Positions 1 to 11,876 of a stretch of 64,000 bases of DNA are shown here, piece after piece. The notes below the pieces were generated by a model. It did no database searches and was not told the DNA's origin. It saw only the letters and a program-made list of their open reading frames with translations. How positions within the stretch are numbered: the stretch's first letter is position 1; every line of letters starts with the position of its first letter. Made by a program: the position numbers and the translations under genes. The stretch is from Octopus bimaculoides (Eukaryota): positions 13,544,200 through 13,608,199 of the forward strand of contig NC_068992.1 in the NCBI RefSeq assembly GCF_001194135.2, given 5' to 3'.

Positions 1-120
1 GCAGGTGTTAGTGGAATGTAAGCGTGCCAGGCTATGTTTAATGAATAATGTACACTTCAATGATTTAGTGTTCAATTTGCTATCTTTCAGCACCATGAGA
101 TAGATCAGGTTATGATATTT

Positions 121-325
121 AAATTTGGGCACAAGGTCAGCAATTTTGGAGGCGGTATATCGATGACATAGACCCTAGTATTTCAATAGTATTTATTTTA
201 TTGACTCCGAAACGACGAAAGACAAAGTTGACATCGGTGGAACTTGAACTCGGAATGAAAAGATAGACCAAGTGCCGCTAAGCAATTTATTCGATTTGCT
301 AACCATTCTGCTATCTCGCTGCCTC
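121..325 (-). mobile_element. tRNA-derived SINE, family E (head GGCGGCGAGCTGGCAGAATCGTTAGC...), degenerate copy
   Basis: Similar to copies at 26690, 33635, 45158, 55905 and 61940. The reverse complement has A-box-like TGGCAGAATCG and B-box-like GAGTTCAAATTCC motifs in the better-preserved copies. Confidence 0.8.
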
Positions 326-435
326 ACAACACTTTACAATATGGCACATATAAAGAAGTGGCACACAAACACACAGTCGATAATATAATTATCCATCTAT
401 TTCTATCTAACTATATCTAATTTATCTATCTGTGC

Positions 436-692
436 GTGGAGGTGCAATGGCTCAGTTGTTAGGGCAGCGGACTGACGGTCGTGGGATTGCGGTTTCGATT
501 CCCAGACCGGTCGTTGTGAGTATTTATTGAGCGAAAACACCTAAAGCTCCACGGATGTCCGGCAAGTGGTGGTGGTGAACCCTGCTGTACTCTTTCACCA
601 AAACTTTCTCCCACTCTTTCTTCCTGTTTCTGTTGTACTTGTATTTCAAATGGCTAGCCTTGTCACACAATGTGTCAGGCTGAACTTCCCCG
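436..692 (+). mobile_element. tRNA-derived SINE, family A, 3'-truncated
   Basis: GTGGAGGTGCAATGGCTCAGTTGTTAGGGCAGCGG...GGTTTCGATTCCC head with A/B boxes. Colinear with the copies at 8449 and 38797-39132. Confidence 0.9.
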
Positions 693-1264
693 AAGACCTA
701 TCCACTCTTCTACAGAATACTTTATTGAAATACGACCTGGACGATCCGATATGCTTGGTCCATGTCCACGTTGGCACATTCGGGTAGTCCAGTCGGTACC
801 TGTTACTCAGTTGGTAACGTCTGAGCAGGTATTTGAGGCAATTGCGTCCCCTTCTCTCCCTATTTCTACCTACATAGTCTAAATGCGTGTCCAAGTTAGC
901 GTTTCAATCCCCCCACTAAAGGTAAATGTCTAGACCTTCCCACGAAAACCTCTAAATGTCGAAGGAAATCCGGCCGACTAAATAAGGACCGTGCCTACAG
1001 TGATATAAGTCTGAAAGCACGCCCATTACTGACATCGACATCCAAGACGACTGGTATAACCTTCGGGTCTAGGAATATTGCCCTTACATGGAGAGCCAGA
1101 TACTTTCGAAAAAGCACGGCAGTACAACCACCACCCATTCTCGTCAGACACGGGTAAAAATAATTCTCAAATTGTTTGTCAAACATGGGCTGGAGGATAT
1201 GTGCTTTCCCTTTCCACACGTTCGGAAGGAATGCCTGCATGAATGTATTGTCGTTGTTTTCCAA
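690..1264 (-). pseudogene. Decayed apurinic-like (EEP) endonuclease domain of a Tx1/L1-clade LINE
   Basis: Joining ORFs 995-1264 and 646-894 across a stop and a +1 frameshift gives ...GGGCTAVLFRK...AFRLISL*ARS...LPLVGD*NANLD...YRLDYPNVPTWTW...SRSYFNKVF. This has the GDWN, D-yR, TW and S-(L)D-vF motif pattern of LINE endonucleases. Confidence 0.85.
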
Positions 1265-2483
1265 TTGTGTGTGTATGTGTGTGAAAGTGAACTGATATTT
1301 TCCTTTTTATTTGTTGTCATTTGCAACAAAGTAAATTTCTCGTCGAAATTGGCTACTCAGACACTTTTGATCTCAGAATGGCCAGCTTTGTTCTTTTTTT
1401 TTTCTTTTTTCACAAACAAGATTTTTATAGATGCAATTTTTAAATCCGCGNNNNNNNNNNNNNNNNNNNNNNNNNNNNNNNNNNNNNNNNNNNNNNNNNN
1501 NNNNNNNNNNNNNNNNNNNNNNNNNNNNNNNNNNNNNNNNNNNNNNNNNNNNNNNNNNNNNNNNNNNNNNNNNNNNNNNNNNNNNNNNNNNNNNNNNNNN
1601 NNNNNNNNNNNNNNNNNNNNNNNNNNNNNNNNNNNNNNNNNNNNNNNNNNNNNNNNNNNNNNNNNNNNNNNNNNNNNNNNNNNNNNNNNNNNNNNNNNNN
1701 NNNNNNNNNNNNNNNNNNNNNNNNNNNNNNNNNNNNNNNNNNNNNNNNNNNNNNNNNNNNNNNNNNNNNNNNNNNNNNNNNNNNNNNNNNNNNNNNNNNN
1801 NNNNNNNNNNNNNNNNNNNNNNNNNNNNNNNNNNNNNNNNNNNNNNNNNNNNNNNNNNNNNNNNNNNATTAGCGTGTGTATTTGTTTTTTCCCCACTATT
1901 TCTTTATTATGAATGAACATTTATAGACAAGTGAGTATCCTCGCATGTGAATATTTTATAATTATTATTCCATACAAGAATTATCTAGAGATATCTTTGT
2001 TTTTTTTTATATATAATTTTTGAAGTTCTTTCGGAAGATAATCCTTTGATGGTTATTATTACGTGTTTCCGACGTATTTATTGGTTTTCTTTTGTCTTTG
2101 TATTTTGAACTTAAATTCCTAATTGTTTAATATAATATTACATTGCACTGTCTGACAATACTATTGAAGCTAAATAGTTTTATAGCAATTTGAAATTCAA
2201 ATATCTGTGTTAAAACTCGCCTTAGATATTGACTTTCTTCTTTGCAATTCATGAAGATAGCTCTGTCATTTGGGTATGGCTGCTATGAATATTAAGATAT
2301 ATAAATTTCCATCTAGAATAATATGAAAACATACTTTATAGTCAGTCTTCGATGTCCTATACCTTCCCGCTAATAATCCATATGATGTTATAGAACACAG
2401 TTATTCAGAGCTGAAAGCTAAGCTCTTAAAATCCTATAAATGCTTACGTTTAGATGGAACTTAATGCCAGCATACCTAACTAC

Positions 2484-2529
<46 letters not shown>

Positions 2530-2657
2530 CTATATCGCATATAATATATATATATATATTTATACATACATACATGCTTACGTATAAACTGATATATTCA
2601 GATAAATGGCTACAAACACACACAAACACACACACACACATGCACATGCATATATAT

Positions 2658-2752
2658 ATAAACTTACTTGGAAATGGATGTGTGGTTTTCAATTAGATAA
2701 TAATATAAATAATTTATTTGAACACCACACATCCATTTCCAAGTAAGTTTAT
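2658..2752. repeat. Near-perfect inverted repeat (35-bp arms, 1 mismatch, 25-nt AT-rich loop)
   Basis: ATAAACTTACTTGGAAATGGATGTGTGGTTTTCAA (2658-2692) is the reverse complement of TTGAACACCACACATCCATTTCCAAGTAAGTTTAT (2718-2752) except at one position. Confidence 0.9.
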
Positions 2753-3362
2753 CATAATACTTTTGATGTGACTTTACTATATATTTTTCCCGCATCCTCC
2801 TCTAATTCCCCTTTACTCCCCTTCACCGTTTTCTATCAGTCACTCTCTCCCCATCTTTCTCTTTTTCTCTCTCGCATTGCTCACACGTTGCCATCGTCCA
2901 TCTTTCCTTTCCTTACTTTACCATCTTTGGTTTTCTCTCTATCCCGCTCTTCTATCTTTTCTCTTTTCAAAGAAAATATTTATCCCAGCATTCAATATTT
3001 TCTTCTCTTTTTGCTTTAACGACCCTCCATGTTTCTTTTCGTTCGGTTTCCTTGTATGTCTCCAATGTCCTATTATATCCCAACTTTGACCCTCCATAAA
3101 TCCAAATTTTTATTTTGATATTTATGGGAGCAATTGACTTCGAAGACTCATACTGTCGTTCAATGCTCGAAATGAGGAGTAGATAGACAGCCGACAACAC
3201 ATTCAGGGTCGTTCTCCGTGCTTCTCGTCTCGCTTTCTACGTTGTCTCTCAGTGTTTGCGTATTTAACTATTTAACACGGTGGTTTTCGAACTTCATTTT
3301 GTTTACAAGTTGGTGACGTCCTGTACCGATATATGCATACATAATACATATATGTATGTATG

Positions 3363-3398
<36 letters not shown>

Positions 3399-5135
3399 NN
3401 NNNNNNNNNNNNNNNNNNNNNNNNNNNNNNNNNNNNNNNNNNNNNNNNNNNNNNNNNNNNNNNNNNNNNNNNNNNNNNNNNNNNNNNNNNNNNNNNNNNN
3501 NNNNNNNNNNNNNNNNNNNNNNNNNNNNNNNNNNNNNNNNNNNNNNNNNNNNNNNNNNNNNNNNNNNNNNNNNNNNNNNNNNNNNNNNNNNNNNNNNNNN
3601 NNNNNNNNNNNNNNNNNNNNNNNNNNNNNNNNNNNNNNNNNNNNNNNNNNNNNNNNNNNNNNNNNNNATATATATATATATATATATATATATACATTCA
3701 TCTCTCACTGTATGGATTGCTTTATTCTTGACCAAATCAACGACGAAACAGAACATTACTCACATGTGTATCTATGTGTGGGTGCCTATAATTTTCGTTT
3801 GTGCGTTTGTTTACTGAGTCGAGCATGGAAAAACGAAAAGCGGAGGAATTAGATTTTTTGAGTTTGACATTAGACAATCAAGTGTTTGCAGTAGGGAAAA
3901 CGAATATATATTTAATTCTAGTAAGTATACTATTAGTTTATTTACGTTGAAAAACAGACTGAATGAATTTTAAGAAATAGTGTTTTCGCTAGTATGGAAA
4001 AATATTTTGAGGAATTATTGCTAGATTAATTGATATTCTAAGAATTTATGCCAACAGCCTAAAGTTTTCAGAAGTTGTGAAATAAGTATTAATAAGATGG
4101 AAATTACTTTTGTTTTAAATAAACCTGCAAATATATGTCTTACGAAAACTCTTACGTATTTACCAATATAACTCTATACGTTACGAAAACCCACATGAGA
4201 AAAGATGTGTATACTCAATGTATTTCAAGTAATTTTGAACAAATTAATATGTATATGAATATTAATAAAGTTACCATGGGCAATATGTCTCGATAGACAA
4301 AATATATATTTCCCTACTTATACGAAGTTTATAGAGAGTTATCAATATGAAGTTTTAACTGCTCATAATAGTATTTCTAAGTCTATATAAATTTCACATA
4401 CAGTCGCAAAAATTATTTCATGTATCAGTGGATGTCTGCACCTGAAATTATAAAAACAACAACACATGTAAAGGCAACAACGCGCGTGTATGTATGCATG
4501 GAAGTATGCATGCATATAAAAGCTCGCACGCACAGTTGTATATGCTTTGTGTGAGTGTCCGTGCGTGCGTGCGTGTGTGGTAGAAATGAAAGGCGTTATT
4601 CGTTGATCGCAATATTGGAAACATAAACAATAAGCAGTAATTTCACGTTGTCTGTTTCGAAATATTTCATGGCTATCGGAGAGCGATGAAGAAAAGAGAA
4701 ATGAAATTAAGAGGAAAGGAGGAAAATTTCCGCAAGATGGCCCAGGTGTATAGGTTATTTTATACAATGTTAAGTCGTGTGTCACGATACATGGTCTTCA
4801 AAGAGCGGCCAGCGAATAACAACAGTGTACTACTGAACGTAAAGTTAGTGTTAACAGCAGGTTTTTAGATCCGTTTGTCTCTTTTTGTTCGTCGGTTCTC
4901 ATATATCGTATGTTGTTGTGTCAGAGCTTCTGTGTGTCTACATGTTGCGCATTTTATTTGGAGTTTATTAGTTACTAGGTGTCAACGCACATACGCCATG
5001 TATCCACTTCTGTCAGTTACAAATATAGAGGTATAATCGTTATTTTAAGTAATGAGATGAATACAGGAACTTTAGTATATCTATTGCATGAGTATGTCAG
5101 TGCAATATATAATGTGAATGTGACTGTTTTACCAC

Positions 5136-5175
<40 letters not shown>

Positions 5176-5197
5176 ATATATATATATATATATATAT

Positions 5198-5398
5198 TAT
5201 GATTGACCGTTGACTGAACACTATTCAATTTTTTTTCTCCGTGTTTTTCTCCTTGTCTCCGTATTCTTTCTGTTGAAGAGCGTAGCTCGAAACGTCAAAG
5301 ACTTTCCGTATTCCCGAGCGTCATACTAATATATACTTTTGTTATTTACACCACCTGTCCTCGTCTGTTGTTATTATTTGTATATTCTCCCATATATA
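5198..5398 (+). mobile_element. Short Penelope-like terminal repeat (pLTR-like unit) carrying a hammerhead motif, flanked by (TA)n
   Basis: About 99% identical to the reverse complement of 63811-64000. Contains the hammerhead fold at 5265-5301 and sits between (TA)n tracts. Confidence 0.7.
5265..5301 (+). ncRNA. Minimal type I hammerhead ribozyme motif (variant core CUGUUGA)
   Basis: TCTTT-CTGTTGA-A-GAGC-GTA-GCTC-GAAA-C-GTC-AAAGA: stem I TCTTT/AAAGA, stem II GAGC/GCTC, GAAA, palindromic ACGT helix III, GUC triplet. Predicted cut between 5296 and 5297. Confidence 0.7.
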
Positions 5399-6130
5399 NN
5401 NNNNNNNNNNNNNNNNNNNNNNNNNNNNNNNNNNNNNNNNNNNNNNNNNNNNNNNNNNNNNNNNNNNNNNNNNNNNNNNNNNNNNNNNNNNNNNNNNNNN
5501 NNNNNNNNNNNNNNNNNNNNNNNNNNNNNNNNNNNNNNNNNNNNNNNNNNNNNNNNNNNNNNNNNNNNNNNNNNNNNNNNNNNNNNNNNNNNNNNNNNNN
5601 NNNNNNNNNNNNNNNNNNNNNNNNNNNNNNNNNNNNNNNNNNNNNNNNNNNNNNNNNNNNNNNNNNNNNNNNNNNNNNNNNNNNNNNNNNNNNNNNNNNN
5701 NNNNNNNNNNNNNNNNNNNNNNNNNNNNNNNNNNNNNNNNNNNNNNNNNNNNNNNNNNNNNNNNNNNNNNNNNNNNNNNNNNNNNNNNNNNNNNNNNNNN
5801 NNNNNNNNNNNNNNNNNNNNNNNNNNNNNNNNNNNNNNNNNNNNNNNNNNNNNNNNNNNNNNNNNNNNNNNNNNNNNNNNNNNNNNNNNNNNNNNNNNNN
5901 NNNNNNNNNNNNNNNNNNNNNNNNNNNNNNNNNNNNNNNNNNNNNNNNNNNNNNNNNNNNNNNNNNNNNNNNNNNNNNNNNNNNNNNNNNNNNNNNNNNN
6001 NNNNNNNNNNNNNNNNNNNNNNNNNNNNNNNNNNNNNNNNNNNNNNNNNNNNNNNNNNNNNNNNNNNNNNNNNNNNNNNNNNNNNNNNNNNNNNNNNNNN
6101 NNNNNNNNNNNNNNNNNNNNNNNNNNNNNN

Positions 6131-6234
6131 NTCTCTCTCTCTCTCTCTCTGTATATATATATATATATACATATATCTACATATATCTACATGTATATGT
6201 ATGTACATATATATATTATATACAGATGTTTGTG

Positions 6235-6283
<49 letters not shown>

Positions 6284-6284
6284 T

Positions 6285-6356
<72 letters not shown>
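6131..6356. repeat. Compound (CT)n/(TA)n/(TG)n microsatellite next to an assembly gap
   Basis: Directly visible dinucleotide tracts. Confidence 0.95.
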
Positions 6357-6358
<2 letters not shown>

Positions 6359-7865
6359 CAATCACACACACGCACATTCGTATGTGCATACATGCATGTA
6401 CATTTTGATACATACACGCATATTTACGTAAATACATAAATTGTATTATCTTCGACTCTTGAGAAATTTAATGTTTGTGACTTTTGATATATCGTTATAT
6501 ACATTGCATATAACCATTAAATATGGCTTTATGCGTCTTCAAATCCATTATGTGTTGGCCACATCTTTATAGCCACCTAGACCTAACATACATCTCCAGA
6601 ACTGACTTATTTTGAGCAATTTTACTTCAGTTGTATATACATATATAGACGCAATATTTATTCATAATGTATAACATCCGATTCCGATTATATCCGATTA
6701 AATGAGAATGAGTTATTGCAGTTATCATAAACATTTGCAGAAAAATCTGCTTGTAAAATATTTTGACATTTCCAGCAAGAAAACTAAACAGCACCGCGGC
6801 TATTTAGAGAATTCTGGCATACTATTTTACCTCGTTTCCCTTATCTACTGAATTCTACAGAAATTTTGTTTCCAACTTCGGGAAAGACAAACTATGTATA
6901 TTTTCAAATTTAAAACACGAAATAAAAGTGGCCGTGTGCTGTTATTTCCTGACTTATGACAAACGAAAAACGATGTTTCTTAAAGTTGCAAGAGAACGGC
7001 TTTCATGAATGATATTTTTTTCCAGAAAGCCCACAAGTCTTTGTACATTTTACTTCAAGAGTTCGTGAATTTCAATCGTATATTCTGCATTATTGCCAGG
7101 TAACATTAAGCTTCCATTTTGCAGTTTGCCGAAAACTTTTGGAATATAACAGGCATTCTGTGATTCTGTGTTCGTGCGTTTCATTCACCGTTGTTTCTTG
7201 AGATATTGCTATTTTATTATCACTTGGAAACCGCAGAGAGTATTTTAAAATATATTTATATCAGTTGTCGCAACTTTAACAAAATGCAAATCATATAAGT
7301 GATTTAAATCATCATTAATATGTAGTTTCGTTGAATAATTGCGACCCTGCACCCGATTGATCAAATGAAAACTCTAAGTATAGTGTTTATTGTTTTCATT
7401 TTATCGCATATTTTATATCATTTATTACTTTGCATGCAATTAAGAAATTATTTCATGCTTTAAATTCTGTATATATTACGAAATTGTTGTCAAACTTTTG
7501 CTTATAAAGACACGAAAGTTAATGAATATTATACACATACCCATACATAAAATATAAAGAGAAATAAGTTGAAGAAAATTTGCTATTACATATGCATCTA
7601 TAAAAGAACATAAAAACAAATAAAATTCCAACGAAACTTTAAAACAAAATGTTGGATTATTTATCAGAAAACAACCTACTTTATGTCAAAATATTCAATA
7701 TTTAACTTTCAGAATGTATATTGTTTTATTTTGTAATTATAATTCATAACGCTATATAAAATAAATTAGTATTGATGTTAAAAGAATAATCATTACAGTA
7801 TTCAATTTTAGTTCCTATATGGGTAGGTCTGTGTGGGGGGGGGGTGTTTGTGTGTGTGTGTGTGC

Positions 7866-7902
<37 letters not shown>

Positions 7903-8224
7903 CAAATCGTCTTCCTAAGTTTTACGTTCTGCTTGTTTATATTTGTCTCGCTGACTGATATTTTGAGAAACATAAAAATCAAACAAATTAAAATATTTCT
8001 ATTTAGATTTTGTTTCTATGAAATCCATTGTCATTTTTATCTTCAGTGTCATTTTAATTGTTTCGAACAATTTAATTTCCACACATTTATTGATATATTT
8101 AAGTTTTTAATTAACAACAATATTTGGTAAACATTGTAAAAATCAATATAGAAAGCAATTGATGATACATAGAAAATGTTTAGAAGGAACTATTTGCTAT
8201 TAACATTATTATGATCAACTTTAT

Positions 8225-8293
8225 CATTCTTATTATTATTATTATCATTATTATTATCATTATTATCATTATTATTATTTATTATTATTATTA

Positions 8294-8375
<82 letters not shown>
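8225..8375. repeat. (ATT)n/(ATC) trinucleotide microsatellite
   Basis: Directly visible. Explains the poly-I/poly-Y/poly-N ORFs here. Confidence 0.95.
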
Positions 8376-8448
8376 CGTCATCATCAATATTGTTGTTGTT
8401 ACTGTCGTTGATTTTATTGTTGTTATTCTTGTGGTTGTCAATATATTG

Positions 8449-8835
8449 GTGGAGGCGCAATGGCCCAGGTGTTGGGTTAGGGCAGAGGATTCGTGGTTGC
8501 AGGATCATGGTTTCGATTCCCAGACCGGGTTTTGTGAGTGTTTCTTGAGCGAAAACACCTAAAGTTCCACGAGGCTCCGGCAGGGGATGTTGGCGAGCCT
8601 TGCAGTACTCTTTCACCACAACTTTCTCTCACTCTTTCTTCCTGTTTCTGTTGTACCTGTATTTCAGAGGACCAACCTTGTCACACTCTGTGTCACGCTG
8701 AACCTCCCCGAGAACTACGTTAAGTGTAGACGTGTCTGTGGAGAGCTCAGCCACTTGCACGTTAATTTCAGGAGCAGGCTGTTCCGTTGATAGAGTCGAC
8801 TGGAACCTTCGTCGTCTTTACCGACAGAGTATCAA
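8449..8835 (+). mobile_element. tRNA-derived SINE, family A, near full length
   Basis: tRNA-like head GTGGAGGCGCAATGGCCCAG...GGTTTCGATTCCCAGACCGG, with body shared with the 436 and 38797 copies. Confidence 0.9.
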
Positions 8836-9439
8836 CCAACCAATATATTGCGACAAATGTCCCGCAAATTACTCGTATATTTTGCTTTTAAACCATCTTC
8901 AACTGTGCCGTTGCTAAACTGACCAAGAACCTGAGTAAAGGTCAGTTTAGTTTTGTGTTTAATATGCGACACGCTGTGTACTAATTTTCTTTCGGAAGAT
9001 TATTCGTTTAAAAGAAAATATAAATGTTCTGTAAGATATCTGAAAGATGCAAATAGCATTTGAACCACCGTTTTTGTCGTTTTCTCCTAAATTTCTAACG
9101 AACGTATTACCAAAAACATCAAGGTAACTGATCTAAGAAATAGGAATGGCGAAATGACGATTACAGCAAAATCAGAGAAGGAAAAGCTAAAACGATATTG
9201 CCAATTTTTACCATTTCCGCAACAACTGATGGAATCAGTAACTGATAGAAACAACAAAAATTACAGTCGCAAGAATATTCATGCAAAAAAGACACCATTA
9301 CCTAATACTAACAATAATAAAAACAACAATATATATATATATATATATTTTCATTATGAAGACAGCGGCAATATAAAATATACAAACACTAACAGCATCA
9401 TATCTTCTTGTTCCGCCAACGCAGCCCGTGCACGACCAC

Positions 9440-10060
9440 CGTGATAAATGTCTCGAGAAAATCAACCGGGCGCCGATGAAAATCAACAGGCAGGCTTGTT
9501 ATGAAGGACATTGGAGCAAGGATCTATAAATAGCTGACCTTGCTGCGACACCGAAGGGGAAATCTTGTTCGCGATACAGGGATGGAAATTTCGTAACCGG
9601 GGCCTGTCTAGAACACATTGAGAACAACGAACCCGTCCTGCCGAAAAATTGCTGACTCATGGACTTATATCGAACACCCTCTTACAAATCTAGGCTAGAT
9701 CCAGCAGTCAGCTGTGACGAACATCACCAAGAGCAGCCTTCAAATATTTTCCCTTTGTTTTTTTTTTAGGTCAGATGAAAAAGACATGTTATTGGGTAGA
9801 GACTTGTTGCCCAGCAATAAACCTAAAATGTTATGGAAATGAACTGCAATGTGGATCCATGAAAACAATTACATTCTTAGCGCGGGGCATGATTGTTTGG
9901 CTGCAGGAGAAGAAAAGGAATTTGGTCTTCGTGGGGAGAGAGTAGTCACCCAAGAGAATTTGACAAATCCACGAAGGTAAACAGTTATGAAGTCCATGAA
10001 TGTAGAGCAATAGTAAACTTGTGGGATAAACGGTAACTTCTGATAAATTCACAACAAGCG
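9440..10060 (+). pseudogene. Heavily decayed C-terminal region of an R2-group (HERO/NeSL-like) non-LTR retrotransposon
   Basis: Frame fragments NEPV...LYRTPS, WK*-ELQCGSMKTITF-LARGMIVWLQEKKRNLVFV...KRI*QIHEGKQL resemble the WeLqvDlgkqLkF...RPDmVlW...eeahErK restriction-like endonuclease pattern. Many stops and frameshifts; alignment by eye. Confidence 0.4.
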
Positions 10061-10863
10061 TAAATTTAGGAAGATTGAATTCGAGTGTCTACTTCTTTGA
10101 AAACTCCCACTTTACCTTTCAAATATTTGAATGCAATATCTGCCCTAGGAAAATTTTCAGCTGTTCAATATTCTATGCTAAGCATCTAAATGTAGCATCT
10201 TTATTTTATCAGCTGCTGTCCTGAATCATACTTATTATATATTGTTATCTCTTCCAAAATTTATATGCTCACAAACTGCTTATGTAAATGTCATCATCCA
10301 GTAGGAAATGCATGTAAATGTTCTATTTCTTAATTATTTACTTGCAAATACGTGCGTTCACATATTGCTTATGAAAATATTGTCGTTTGTTGTAATAATT
10401 CACATGACTGTTGGCATGTTAGCTGTTTCTCTTGGCAGTATCACCAAACACATACTGCCTCTGTTGTCAATTTGTCACTTCATATTTATTCTTGGTATTT
10501 TCGTTGTTTTATGCTTGTATCGCCAGTGTTTCTGTCAATGTTAAATCTTCTGTTCTCCAGGCAACAACATATATATATATACATATATATATANNNNNNN
10601 NNNNNNNNNNNNNNNNNNNNNNNNNNNNNNNNNNNNNNNNNNNNNNNNNNNNNNNNNNNNNNNNNNNNNNNNNNNNNNNNNNNNNNNNNNNNNNNNNNNN
10701 NNNNNNNNNNNNNNNNNNNNNNNNNNNNNNNNNNNNNNNNNNNNNNNNNNNNNNNNNNNNNNNNTGCGTTTTATTACAATATTGGGACTTATTTCCTACT
10801 ATCGCAACTCCAGGCTTCAAAAGTGTACAAAGCCTGTTCCAAATATGTTTCCATCAAAATGTG

Positions 10864-11115
10864 AAGGCGCATGACTCAGTGATTAGATCATTGGGCTCAC
10901 AATCACGAGGTAGTGACTTCCATTCCCGGACCGGGCTATGTTGGGCTTTTGGGCGAGACGTTATATTTTACTTTGCTTCAATGGCTTACGTCTTCACGAA
11001 ATCGTCGGTGGTGTGGAAAGCGACGGTTGGTCTTCAATAAACAACATTGCCCGGACACATAGTGTAACCTTCTAGGTGCAATCTCACGGCCCTTTATGAT
11101 TACAGGGGTTCTTTA
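10864..11115 (+). mobile_element. tRNA-derived SINE, family D, degenerate
   Basis: GGCGCATGACTCAGTGATTAG...CATTCCCGGACCGGGC head with A/B-box remnants. A weaker copy of the body lies at about 42660-42800. Confidence 0.7.
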
Positions 11116-11811
11116 CACTTTACCATATGCTAAAATTACATAATATATTAAAATTCAAGTGTTCGTTACTTTGCTATTACAGCAAGAATGATATAAAAAA
11201 AAAGCAATATGTAATCCATCGATTGGGTTGAAATTATCAATAATAGTGCAGTCGACGGTGCTTGTGTTTTGTCATGTTTTTACTGTTGTTTTTTGTTGTT
11301 TTTTTTTGCATTGTTTTCTATGGTTGGTTTCACGTTTCTGTAATCCTTCTGTCGTTAATATTTTCGTGAACCTTATCCCTGAATTCTGTTAATATTGCTG
11401 ATATATTGATATTAATGAATTGTTCGCGAATTTAGCTGTCTTTATTAAGGTTATGGTAGTGGTATTACTACTGATGATGTTGGTGAATTGCTCTTTGAGA
11501 TAGAGCTCACCGGTTTTTAATACTTCATAGACATTTCTGTTTTGTTTTTTAGTGGAGCGTCACTTATTTTAATTCTTCTTCGCTTACCATTTCAGTGCAC
11601 GACCAAGACTTCGAGTTGAGAATTTCTGAAGCGGGAGAAACATAATGTACATTCTCGTGTGTTTCTGCGTTTGCAATTGTGTGTTGCTGAAGGTAAGCAA
11701 AACCTAGTGATGCTGGAAGGTTTTTTATTTTTTCGATAATCCCCTCTATGCTCTTCACGTCGGGCAATGTTGCTGTTTACATTGCTGCTGCAATTGTTGC
11801 TTTTACTGACA

Positions 11812-11876
11812 CAGCTGCTGTGGTTGTTAGTCATAGCTTCAGCTGCTGTGGCTGTTAGTCATAGCTTCAGCTGCTG
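11812..11876. repeat. 28-bp tandem duplication (2.3 copies)
   Basis: CAGCTGCTGTGG(T/C)TGTTAGTCATAGCTT repeated. Confidence 0.9.

Noticed and set aside
436-520. Functional tRNA genes at SINE heads
   Set aside because: The heads continue into shared SINE bodies and lack a complete cloverleaf.
1088-1912. Long ORFs spanning N-runs (also 5339-6439, 15786-16560, 36663-37658, 41286-42408, 48232-48618)
   Set aside because: Their length comes from untranslatable N gaps and (TA)n flanks.
4686-4868. Short ORF with a Kozak-like CAAGATGGCC and a possible donor site
   Set aside because: No recognisable homology, no strong donor and no partner exon.
6700-7250. Possible hAT transposase remnant
   Set aside because: I could not recover dimerisation-domain motifs in a consistent order.
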